The position numbers and the translations under genes were made by a program. A stretch of 64,000 nt of DNA from a virus: positions 92,712 to 156,711 of IMG/VR virus record IMGVR_UViG_3300042197_002147; one strand, written 5' to 3'. Shown piece after piece: positions 48,340-56,418 of the stretch. A model generated the notes under the pieces. It did no database searches and was not told where the DNA came from. It worked only from the letters and a program-made list of their open reading frames with translations. Numbering within the stretch: position 1 is the first letter of the stretch; each line of letters opens with the position of its first letter.

Positions 48340-48606
48340 ATGAATCTCAAGAAGAATCAAATCAAGTTTTTGGAGTGGATCCACGCTGAAGGCGTGAATG
48401 CCGGTCAGACCAGTTTCTCTCGCGCCTTTCTCAAGACCGTTGCAATGAAGAACGGAATGGCGTGGGCGCCGGCTTGGATCGTCAAGAACAAGTCTCGAAA
48501 CATCAATCGCGGGTACTACAGCATTCCTGAGTACGCAACCTATGTGGCTTCGCTCGGAACCGTCACGGTGACGACTGAGCCCGCTACGGAAACTGTAGGC
48601 GTTTAA
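48340..48606 (+). CDS. Stand-alone paralog of the AAA ATPase N-terminal domain
   Basis: PAWIVK...R...RG.(Y/F).(I/V)PE shared with 41988. Confidence 0.7.
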   Translation: MNLKKNQIKFLEWIHAEGVNAGQTSFSRAFLKTVAMKNGMAWAPAWIVKNKSRNINRGYYSIPEYATYVASLGTVTVTTEPATETVGV

Positions 48607-48685
48607 AGACCCATCTTCTCCCCTAGAGTGGGGGGAGAGGTAGTTTGTTCTACTTTCTCCCCTCACTCGCCTATTGAAAGACACC

Positions 48686-49087
48686 ATGCCACGAGAAAAC
48701 ATCATTGAAGTGATTCTGAACGAGGGCCGCGGTTCTCGCCTTTGGAAGTGGAGTCCGAACCTGACTGAGCATGAGTTCCCGCTGTGGTGGCAGGATCTCA
48801 AGGATTCGGATTTCATCAAGTTCTACTTCAACATCCGTTCGCTGCCCGGAAAGGTTCAGCCTTACAAGGCCATGACGAATGGCCGCAGCGACGCGCAGCG
48901 TATGCCGGGGGATCCCCTGCACTACCGGCCGTATTACTACTGCCACTTCAACGAGATGGACGATTCGTTCATCGCAATCGGTGAGGAAACGCTGCGATAC
49001 CGCCCGAGTTCACGCCGAGATTGGCGCGAGCACTGGCGCGATTGGGTGATGAAGCGAGAACAAGACCGAGCCGCAAATGCCTACTAA
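48686..49087 (+). CDS. Hypothetical protein
   Basis: ORF with early-region codon usage. Confidence 0.6.
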   Translation: MPRENIIEVILNEGRGSRLWKWSPNLTEHEFPLWWQDLKDSDFIKFYFNIRSLPGKVQPYKAMTNGRSDAQRMPGDPLHYRPYYYCHFNEMDDSFIAIGEETLRYRPSSRRDWREHWRDWVMKREQDRAANAY

Positions 49088-49110
49088 TGTAGTGCATTAG
49101 GACTCGTTCG

Positions 49111-49139
49111 CCCCGTAGGTTCGCCTACGGGGTTTTTTT
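49111..49139 (+). terminator. Intrinsic terminator
   Basis: CCCCGTAGG-TTCG-CCTACGGGG plus T7. Confidence 0.88.
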
Positions 49140-49397
49140 ATAGCAATGAATAGGCATATGCCTAACAATGTACAACAATGCTATGCAATAGGCGCACAGA
49201 GTCCGATAACTGCACTATCATCGTCCCATAACGATACTATCACCGCGTCCAATAATAACGCGGGGCGCAGCGTAGGGGCGCAGTGTCCAATAATAACTTT
49301 ATTTGTGGGAGTACGGGGTTTGTACGGGTGCTCGAGCTCCCCTAGAATCACAGGGTTTTCTGCGATAGGCGCCCAAAACCCCCATGAATTACAGGGT

Positions 49398-49426
49398 TTG
49401 CAGCGTTTGACCCCTTCGGGTATACT
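49398..49426 (+). promoter_or_regulatory. sigma70-type promoter (leaderless)
   Basis: TTGCAG-17-TATACT, ATG at 49434. Confidence 0.7.
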
Positions 49427-49433
49427 GATACCC

Positions 49434-50069
49434 ATGAGCAAGACCGCTTTCCAACCCCGTTTCCGTCCCGTTCGCACCATCACGCACCCGATCATGGGCC
49501 GCATGGATTACTATGTGATTCGGCGCGCTCCGAAGTCCGATGGTGCTGGCGCGCAGGCCACTTTCTTCCGCAACAACGCTCGCCCGAACCGCAAGGGCGA
49601 GTACGGGATCAAGTTGTTCCCGACTGCGGCTGAAGCGTTCGCTGCGTACCAGCGTCAGAAGATGGCCGCCGATGCGGGTCTGGCCCCGCCGGTGCGCCGC
49701 ATGGTCAAGGTTCTCATGCGCGGTCAGTGCTACTGCGACGAGATCGACTGCAAGCGCAAGGGTATGCGCTACTGGTACGGGTATCAGACCTGTCTGGCGT
49801 ATGGCATCGGAAAGATCGAAGTCGATCACCGCGCCGAACTGCACAAGAACCCCAAGTTGGTTGAGCAGAGCGGCATTCGCGCTCTGTTCTCTGCGATCAT
49901 TCGCATCAGCACTCAGGGTACTCAGAAGGACTTTGCTCCCCTCGGTGAGACTCACCGTAAGCGTGGGCCGCGTATGTCGAACGATCTGCACTGCGACAAC
50001 CTCGGGTTCTGGCGCAAGACGCCGGTTGTGATCGACTTTGGTTCGCACCTCGTTGGTGCGAACCGCTAA
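49434..50069 (+). CDS. Protein-kinase-like fold enzyme
   Basis: G.GAQA loop, GIKLF, GLAP.V, DLHCDN, VIDFG. Confidence 0.75.
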   Translation: MSKTAFQPRFRPVRTITHPIMGRMDYYVIRRAPKSDGAGAQATFFRNNARPNRKGEYGIKLFPTAAEAFAAYQRQKMAADAGLAPPVRRMVKVLMRGQCYCDEIDCKRKGMRYWYGYQTCLAYGIGKIEVDHRAELHKNPKLVEQSGIRALFSAIIRISTQGTQKDFAPLGETHRKRGPRMSNDLHCDNLGFWRKTPVVIDFGSHLVGANR

Positions 50070-50088
50070 TCTCAGGAAGGAACATACA

Positions 50089-50835
50089 ATGACGAACTAC
50101 TCTCTCGCCGTTCTCAGCAATCCCGCACCCGCTACCACGGACATCGACCCGATTCACGATGGGTACGCGAACGCTTTCGCCGATCAGCTCGAGTCGAACC
50201 GTGCTTCGTGGGACAACCTGAACCACTTCACGGGTGGGCTCTCGCTCCCGTCGAAGATGCCGGGTTTCGCCTATTCGATCAGCGCGAAGCGGTGCAATGT
50301 GGGCGCCAAACTCCGCAATGTTCCGGGTTCGACTTGCTCCAAGTGCTACGCGCTCAAGGGTCGCTATGTGTTCCCGAATGTGGTTATTGCGATGGAGCGG
50401 CGCTACTTGGCTATGCGCGTCAACTCCACCGCGTGGGCTGGTGCGATGATCGCCAGCATTCGCAAGACCGGGGAATCGCACTTTCGGTGGCACGACAGCG
50501 GCGACCTTCAGGGACTGAATCACCTGTTCGCCATTACGGTGATCGCCGAAGCGACTCCGAATGTGCAGCACTGGCTGCCGACTCGTGAGTACGCTCTCGT
50601 GCGTGAGTACCTGCGAACCTACCACCACTTCCCGGCTAATCTCATCGTCCGGGTTTCGGCACCGATGATCGGTGCAGTGATCCAGGAGTTCGAGCATTCG
50701 AGCAGTGTGGATGCGGCGCGTACCCCCGTGACCGCGTGGGTCGATTGCCCTGCGTCGAAGCAAGGTAACAAGTGCGGAGACTGCCGCGCCTGTTGGGATA
50801 AGGATGTCGAAGTCGTCAACTACAAGAAGCACTAA
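50089..50835 (+). CDS. GP88-family Cys-rich protein
   Basis: SKMPG, C..CYA.KG.Y, FRWHDSGD, HWLPTRE, CGDCRACWD. Confidence 0.8.
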   Translation: MTNYSLAVLSNPAPATTDIDPIHDGYANAFADQLESNRASWDNLNHFTGGLSLPSKMPGFAYSISAKRCNVGAKLRNVPGSTCSKCYALKGRYVFPNVVIAMERRYLAMRVNSTAWAGAMIASIRKTGESHFRWHDSGDLQGLNHLFAITVIAEATPNVQHWLPTREYALVREYLRTYHHFPANLIVRVSAPMIGAVIQEFEHSSSVDAARTPVTAWVDCPASKQGNKCGDCRACWDKDVEVVNYKKH

Positions 50836-50857
50836 CTCTAACCAAAGGACTCAAACC

Positions 50858-51166
50858 ATGAGCAACACCAACACCCAAAACGCCGCTTTCGTCTTCTACA
50901 CTCCGCCCACCACGCCGGAGGGACACCGCGACTACCGCGCCGAGATCACTCGGTGGAAGGATCAGCACAAGCGGCACGAAACGCTGCACCGTTACCCCAT
51001 CGACGCGCTGATCATCATCGACAACCTGCTCGATGCTCTCGACGGTGCGCGTAAGGAACTGGCAGAAGCTAAGTTCGAACTCTCGGGTTCGGATGAACTC
51101 GTGGGTGACCTCGAAGCGCAGGTCGCCACTCTCATGCACCGCCTCAACCAAAAGGAAAACGCCTAA
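50858..51166 (+). CDS. Hypothetical protein
   Basis: AAGGA RBS; coiled coil. Confidence 0.6.
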   Translation: MSNTNTQNAAFVFYTPPTTPEGHRDYRAEITRWKDQHKRHETLHRYPIDALIIIDNLLDALDGARKELAEAKFELSGSDELVGDLEAQVATLMHRLNQKENA

Positions 51167-51324
51167 TGAAGACTCACGAATCCAAGCGGCTGCGCCAGCA
51201 CAAGTGGCGCATTCGCAACCAGTGCTGCGTTGTCTGCGGCCGTTCTCGTCCCTCTCGCATCATTCTGATCTGCACCAAGTGCAAGGAAAGGAACTGGAAT
51301 GCCGCAACCGAAGTTCGTGCATGA
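51166..51324 (+). CDS. Small zinc-finger protein
   Basis: MKTHESKR...CVVC...CTKC; TAATG overlap. Confidence 0.5.
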   Translation: MKTHESKRLRQHKWRIRNQCCVVCGRSRPSRIILICTKCKERNWNAATEVRA

Positions 51325-51436
51325 TGCAGTAGTGCAAGGTCAGCGACTCCGTGCGAAAACATGGGGAAAGAAGACCAAGTGCCCTCGAGCTGCTCGTCGC
51401 AAGATGAAGCAGGATCTGCGTAGGTCACTCGCATAG
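51299..51436 (+). CDS. Small basic protein
   Basis: MPQPKFVHDAVVQGQRLRAKTWGKK...; AAGGA RBS. Confidence 0.45.
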   Translation: MPQPKFVHDAVVQGQRLRAKTWGKKTKCPRAARRKMKQDLRRSLA

Positions 51437-51487
51437 AGCGTGCAAAGAGTTCGCTCCATCCGTTAGTTCGCTAGCGGTAATGCTCAT

Positions 51488-51525
51488 ACCCTCACGATTG
51501 CATAACGCAGTCGTGGGGGTTTTTT
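51488..51525 (+). terminator. Intrinsic terminator ending the early block
   Basis: CCCTCACGATTGC/GCAGTCGTGGGGG plus T6. Confidence 0.75.
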
Positions 51526-51674
51526 CGTTTCCATGTGTCACGGTTTCGACAGGTCACAAAACAGTGCTACGGAAAAATGGGGTCCCACCCGTGCAGGCGC
51601 TAGCGCCTAAAGCCGGCAAAGCTTTTCCAAAAATCCCTCAAAGACCCCCCTACCACCCCCCTTTGGGACTCCCA

Positions 51675-52016
51675 TATGATTCCCGGTAAAAAGAATTCTT
51701 TAGATAAATATTGTTATGAAAACATTTAAGCAATATATCAATGAAATCTTTGACGAACGCATAGATTCTGTATTGGCTCAAAAACTGGCACATCATTCAG
51801 AGGAACAATTAAAGAAACATAAAAAACTTCTTTCTATGATGAAAATCGCAATGAATGATCCAAGAATCTTAAAGATAAATCAGCAAATACAAAACCGTCA
51901 AAAAACACAAGAACGCCTCAATAAAAGAGCATAAAATTCTATAGGAATCCTAGAAAATAGGGTCCCCCCTATGATTCCCGGTAAAAAGAATTCTTTAGAT
52001 AAATATTGTTATGAAA
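51675..52016 (+). repeat. Exact 47-bp direct repeat (late promoter plus start codon)
   Basis: TATGATTCCCGGTAAAAAGAATTCTTTAGATAAATATTGTTATGAAA at 51675-51721 and 51970-52016. Confidence 0.9.
51716..51934 (+). CDS. CTS-like small protein (MKTFKQYINE)
   Basis: ATAAATA-5 nt-ATG. Confidence 0.65.
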   Translation: MKTFKQYINEIFDERIDSVLAQKLAHHSEEQLKKHKKLLSMMKIAMNDPRILKINQQIQNRQKTQERLNKRA

Positions 52017-52793
52017 TCGTTTCTTCAATACATCACGGAGGACATGCCAGCAGAAGTTAGTTATGGTATACGACCCTCCGTTAGCAAAAAACCAAGACAA
52101 TCAAAATCAAAATTGATCGGAAAAATTGGTCCATATGAAGTTCACCACCACGCTAAGGATGCCGAGGATGGTCCTACAATATCCATTCGACATAAGGGTG
52201 ATCAAGTCGGTCAAATGGAGCTCTTAAGAGCCGGAAAACATGTCCAAGTATCAGAACCAATGGTGGTGGGAAGTCATAGAGGAAAAAACGCATTAGTAAA
52301 GAATCTAATTCCAAAAGTCTATTCTATGATTGCAGATAAAATTGCACCAGTTCAATCGGGGGAGTTACAGACAAAGCGTGGAAGATCTGTCTGGAGAAGA
52401 TTGTCTGCTCTTCGTCCCTTAAAGATTCACTCTCCATATTCTATCGAAAGATTCGCCCACCCAAAACACCCAACTCTAGCACTTCATGGTGTTCATTTTG
52501 ATGACTATGTGGATGCTCATGGGGGTGGGAATTGGTCGGAGGCCAATCTAAGACGAGCAAAAAGAATATTGGCACAACATGGAATGACAAAACACAGTCT
52601 TGCACAGATGAAAAGAATCAAAGATCTTCCAAACCCTGATGAGTTCAAAAGAACCTTTGTAAACCCAAAAAAGATTGCTAGATATGATCCGGCCAAGCAC
52701 GATTCATTCGTGTATTCGAAGGATGAATATCATGGATCAGCTTCACATATTGTTTTGCGTACTCAACCAAAAGGTAGAAAATCCTCTAAATAG
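52011..52793 (+). CDS. CTS-like protein with GNAT-like domain
   Basis: MKSFLQYITE; V...HRGK...Y...SGELQT..G..VW..L. Confidence 0.6.
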   Translation: MKSFLQYITEDMPAEVSYGIRPSVSKKPRQSKSKLIGKIGPYEVHHHAKDAEDGPTISIRHKGDQVGQMELLRAGKHVQVSEPMVVGSHRGKNALVKNLIPKVYSMIADKIAPVQSGELQTKRGRSVWRRLSALRPLKIHSPYSIERFAHPKHPTLALHGVHFDDYVDAHGGGNWSEANLRRAKRILAQHGMTKHSLAQMKRIKDLPNPDEFKRTFVNPKKIARYDPAKHDSFVYSKDEYHGSASHIVLRTQPKGRKSSK

Positions 52794-52797
52794 TATT

Positions 52798-53292
52798 ATG
52801 AAATCATTTCGTAAATATCTCTCTGAAATCTTTAGGCAACAGGGAACCTACAGTATAAAGCAGGAAAAACATCCTGATCTGAAACACGATTCCGATGAAG
52901 AAGTAACATATGCATTTACACCCACCAACACAAGGGGTGAACCTGATTTCAAAAGAAAAGTAAGAACCACATTCATGAAAACAGGCAAAAACACATGGGA
53001 AGCAATGTTCACCGTGGGTGGTTCTACTCACTACGATCCGGGTGAAGATTTTCCAAGTCATGTGACAAAAAAGGTTTTTGATCATGTGAAGCACTTTGTC
53101 GATACAACAACCGAACTTGCAGGAAAAGCACCGAACATTGAGTATCAGACTTCACATCCAAAGAAAGAGCGCATCTACCAGGCCGTTGCAAAAAGATTAG
53201 GCGTAAGGGCAGAGAACACTGGTGGTTATCTTGATCCCGACTACGATACAAGAAGAAATCGAAGAAAACACCACGAAGAAGAGCCAATATAG
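52798..53292 (+). CDS. CTS-like late protein, paralog of 47264
   Basis: CTAAATA-5 nt-ATG; MKSFRKYLSEIF. Confidence 0.7.
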   Translation: MKSFRKYLSEIFRQQGTYSIKQEKHPDLKHDSDEEVTYAFTPTNTRGEPDFKRKVRTTFMKTGKNTWEAMFTVGGSTHYDPGEDFPSHVTKKVFDHVKHFVDTTTELAGKAPNIEYQTSHPKKERIYQAVAKRLGVRAENTGGYLDPDYDTRRNRRKHHEEEPI

Positions 53293-53377
53293 GAATAGAT
53301 TGAACCTGACTGATTGAGATGTTTTAAAAAAATCTTAGGAAAACTGAAAGTATAAATAGAAATACAAAGGAAACTAT

Positions 53378-53548
53378 ATGATTTTAAAAATAAAAGAAAT
53401 ATTAAAGAAAGTTACTGTCGTTGAATGGGTTGTTTTGGGAATTGCCGTTTTGGCACTATTTGTTGGTTTGACCCATACCCACGACAACGCAAAAAAGCAC
53501 GGTAAAAAGGCAGAAAAAACAGTAGAAACAGTCGTAGAGACAAAGTAA
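53378..53548 (+). CDS. Small membrane protein
   Basis: TATAAATA at 53351, AAGGA RBS, single TM. Confidence 0.6.
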   Translation: MILKIKEILKKVTVVEWVVLGIAVLALFVGLTHTHDNAKKHGKKAEKTVETVVETK

Positions 53549-53558
53549 AGGAAAACAA

Positions 53559-54302
53559 ATGGATCATTTATTTCACAAAAACTTATTAGCAGAAAAACAC
53601 AATCTTGAATGGCAATTGGCTCAGGCAAATATCAAGATAAAGAATCTCGAAGAACAACTCAATAGAGTCAAGAGACAAACAGTTTTGTCTGAGGAAATTG
53701 GTGTACCAAATGTACCACCACTTCCAAAACCAACGCCTCAACCGATGCCTCAACCATTGCCATTACCGGACGAGAGCAGACCAGTTCCAATGCCAAAACC
53801 AAAACCACCAATACCAGCAATGCCTTCTTTAGATGATATTAAAGAATTCATTAGAAAATATTTGAGTGGAGGTGGTGGAAATCAAATTACTGAAAATATT
53901 GAAAGGAATATTGCTGAGTGCATTTTTGAAAATAGAAACTTAATAATTCAAAACATGATGCACAATAGTCCAAATTTGTTTGAAAACAGACAAATAGATT
54001 CAGAAGTTGCTACAAAAATTCTTTATGTTGTCATGGAAGATATAATGAGTGACCAAGACTTCATTTTACAAAACTATAAAGTTCTTGGAGCACCAACTTT
54101 AACTGAAGATGCAAGAAATGTCATCATGGAAAGATTTGGTTTAGGAAAACTTTTAGGAAAAATAATTAGAAAAGTTGCAGGATATTTTGGCGGAGGAAAG
54201 AAAGTAATTCCACCTCCACAGACTCCCGGAGATCCACTTGTTAGAATTGGTCCAAAGGGAACAGATTACGAAAGAATCATAAGACCTGAAGACATAAGAT
54301 AA
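53559..54302 (+). CDS. Precursor-like protein, paralog of 32481
   Basis: Shared leader D.DFI..NYK.L; IME/RFGLGKLLGKIIRKVAGYFGG. Confidence 0.7.
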   Translation: MDHLFHKNLLAEKHNLEWQLAQANIKIKNLEEQLNRVKRQTVLSEEIGVPNVPPLPKPTPQPMPQPLPLPDESRPVPMPKPKPPIPAMPSLDDIKEFIRKYLSGGGGNQITENIERNIAECIFENRNLIIQNMMHNSPNLFENRQIDSEVATKILYVVMEDIMSDQDFILQNYKVLGAPTLTEDARNVIMERFGLGKLLGKIIRKVAGYFGGGKKVIPPPQTPGDPLVRIGPKGTDYERIIRPEDIR

Positions 54303-54312
54303 AAACATAAGT

Positions 54313-54343
54313 AAAAAAGAACCCCCCGAAAGGGGGGTTTTTT
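54313..54343. terminator. Bidirectional terminator
   Basis: AACCCCCC-GAAA-GGGGGGTT flanked by A/T tracts between convergent genes. Confidence 0.88.
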
Positions 54344-54360
54344 ATTAAACAATAATTATT

Positions 54361-55065
54361 TTAATCACCACCAAGAGCAGCCGGCGCCTCACCAAGTGAA
54401 ATTGTTCCGGTTGAAACGACGGATCCGTATGAGGAACCGGGAGTAACATTTCTTAATGTAAGATTTAATGTTGTAGTTCCACCAACAGGAAATCTTCCTG
54501 TTGTTTCATTTGCTTCTACACCACCAAAAAATAAAGTAATAGTTAATCGACCAGTTGGTCCTGCCGCTGCAAGTAATCTAGGAATAATAAATTCTACATT
54601 AAAATTATCCCCAGATCTACGCATTTTTTTAGAGGTTGTTGGTATATCTGTACCCGTGCTTCTTATTCCAAATATAGGATATACTGGCACAGAAGAACCA
54701 AAAGTATATTCATCAATTTGTGTGTTTGCGAGAGATGAATCTAGTTCTGTGTCAGATAATCTAAAAGTGATTTGAGAAGTAGTTGGTTGAATGCTTAAAT
54801 AACCAGTATATAAATCTTCATCGGGATTTACTATAGTTCCACTTAAACTAAAAATAGATTTTGCTACATTTTGTGAACCAACAAAAGGATTTAAAATATA
54901 TACAGCTTGACCATAAGAAAAAGAAGTACCACCAAATCCATTACCTGTATATGTTGCGGAAACAAATGACGGGGTGGTATCAATGCTAGAATCTAGGCGT
55001 GTATCCATGTTTAAAGATGGAAGACGCGATATTTTTGTTAATCTAGAAAGTATTGGATTTCTCAT
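54361..55065 (-). CDS. Beta-rich S/T/G-rich putative virion protein
   Basis: Composition; late operon. Confidence 0.55.
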   Translation of the reverse strand: MRNPILSRLTKISRLPSLNMDTRLDSSIDTTPSFVSATYTGNGFGGTSFSYGQAVYILNPFVGSQNVAKSIFSLSGTIVNPDEDLYTGYLSIQPTTSQITFRLSDTELDSSLANTQIDEYTFGSSVPVYPIFGIRSTGTDIPTTSKKMRRSGDNFNVEFIIPRLLAAAGPTGRLTITLFFGGVEANETTGRFPVGGTTTLNLTLRNVTPGSSYGSVVSTGTISLGEAPAALGGD

Positions 55066-55403
55066 TAGTATCCAATGAATGCTAAAGTTATTCCAACGGG
55101 TGTTGACGAATTTGTTTTTATTACTATTGAACTTAAATCACTTGCTGGTAGGAATATTTCTGTTTGTGCTGCAAGAGCAAATCCAACACCACCTGTTGCT
55201 GATGTGAAAGAACCAGATGTTATTCCTTCTATGCTAATTACGGCATCTGCTGTCGATGTTCCAATATTTCTAATTTGGACACCCTCTCTTAAAGAGAAAG
55301 CAGAGCCTTTTGTGGTTGTTCCTGTTGTTAAATATTTCCATCCTGCTTGTATGTTGTCGGCAGTAAAACCTATTGTTCTTGTTGTTATTGGATTTATTCT
55401 CAT
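55065..55403 (-). CDS. Beta-rich putative virion protein
   Basis: GAGGA RBS; late promoter at 55421. Confidence 0.55.
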   Translation of the reverse strand: MRINPITTRTIGFTADNIQAGWKYLTTGTTTKGSAFSLREGVQIRNIGTSTADAVISIEGITSGSFTSATGGVGFALAAQTEIFLPASDLSSIVIKTNSSTPVGITLAFIGY

Positions 55404-55420
55404 TTTCTTTTCCTCTGCTA

Positions 55421-55432
55421 TATTTATAAATA
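55421..55432. promoter_or_regulatory. Bidirectional T4-type late promoter
   Basis: TATTTATAAATA palindrome. Confidence 0.75.
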
Positions 55433-55446
55433 ATATGGAGTTACTT

Positions 55447-55635
55447 ATGAACTTTAAAGATTTGAGAAAAAAAATAAAAGAAAACAATAGCAAACTTGAA
55501 GAAAAGTGGGTAGAATATAACTTTAACTTTGGCGAAGATAAGGAAGAAGGAAAAAAAATAAATAAAAAGAATCGTAAAAGATTTGGTCTTCCTTCTACTT
55601 TGCCAGGAGAAGAAAATGCCCCCAATCAGAATTAA
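55447..55635 (+). CDS. Small late protein (MNFKDLRKKIKE)
   Basis: GGAG RBS. Confidence 0.55.
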   Translation: MNFKDLRKKIKENNSKLEEKWVEYNFNFGEDKEEGKKINKKNRKRFGLPSTLPGEENAPNQN

Positions 55636-55936
55636 TAGAGAAATAATTGTTGAATCACTTTTAAAAGGAACCTGTAAGGTTGTTTTTAGAAAAGTAACAG
55701 ATGGTAGATTTAGAGCCATGTATTGCACCCTAAAAAGAGAAAAACTACCAAATAATACGGCAAGATATATTGCTCGTATTTCTTCACCATCTCAAGAAGA
55801 TGATATTGACCTTGTTCCGGTTTATGATATAATCAAGCGCGACTGGAGAAGTTTCAGAATTCAAAATGTTGAATATTTTTACGACACAAAAGAACTAGTT
55901 AAGCGAAAGGAAATTAAAGATGAAAATCGTGAATAA
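55616..55936 (+). CDS. SH3/WYL_2-like protein
   Basis: VVF.K..DG..R.M.CTL...VYD.....WRSFR. Confidence 0.75.
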   Translation: MPPIRINREIIVESLLKGTCKVVFRKVTDGRFRAMYCTLKREKLPNNTARYIARISSPSQEDDIDLVPVYDIIKRDWRSFRIQNVEYFYDTKELVKRKEIKDENRE

Positions 55937-56258
55937 CACTGGATCGGATACTGATAATATTTTAAACGGTTCTATGGTTTTTGAAGCAGAACTTTATCAT
56001 CGTGGGATAAATCCCAAAATTTCATTTTTTAAAGATGATAAAGGAAATATTAATTTGTCTTTGGCGAATTGGGATACAAAAGAAGCAATTGATTCTTACA
56101 CACCAGACCAAGCAGAAGAAATGCTTACTGCTTTAGTAGAAGCAGTTAATTTTGCTAGACACTATGATGACGGTTCTAGTTTGTTTGACAACATACAGGA
56201 GGATTCCAATGTTAAACCGAAGCAATCAGGAGGAGTTGAAGAAAGAACAGGAGTATAA
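55920..56258 (+). CDS. Hypothetical protein
   Basis: AAGGA RBS. Confidence 0.6.
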   Translation: MKIVNNTGSDTDNILNGSMVFEAELYHRGINPKISFFKDDKGNINLSLANWDTKEAIDSYTPDQAEEMLTALVEAVNFARHYDDGSSLFDNIQEDSNVKPKQSGGVEERTGV

Positions 56259-56409
56259 TGCTACTCTTTTGGAATTATCAGCTGATGCGGTAATTTCTTA
56301 CGAAAAATATTTGTTAGATCAATTAAATCATAGAGAACTAGCAAAGATAATGAAAACTTTGCGAGATCACATAGATAAGAAAAAAACAAATAAAAGCATT
56401 CTTTCTTAA
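56209..56409 (+). CDS. Hypothetical protein
   Basis: AGGAGG RBS. Confidence 0.55.
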   Translation: MLNRSNQEELKKEQEYNATLLELSADAVISYEKYLLDQLNHRELAKIMKTLRDHIDKKKTNKSILS

Positions 56410-56418
56410 TTTTATATT

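Noticed and set aside
38900-51600. Host DNA, prophage junction or chimeric contig
   Set aside because: Content is phage-like, and an internal late-promoter gene is paralogous to 52798; reads are still needed to exclude it fully
55075-55625. Overlapping 186-aa ORFs on both strands
   Set aside because: Real starts are at 55403 (-) and 55447 (+), on either side of the palindromic late promoter
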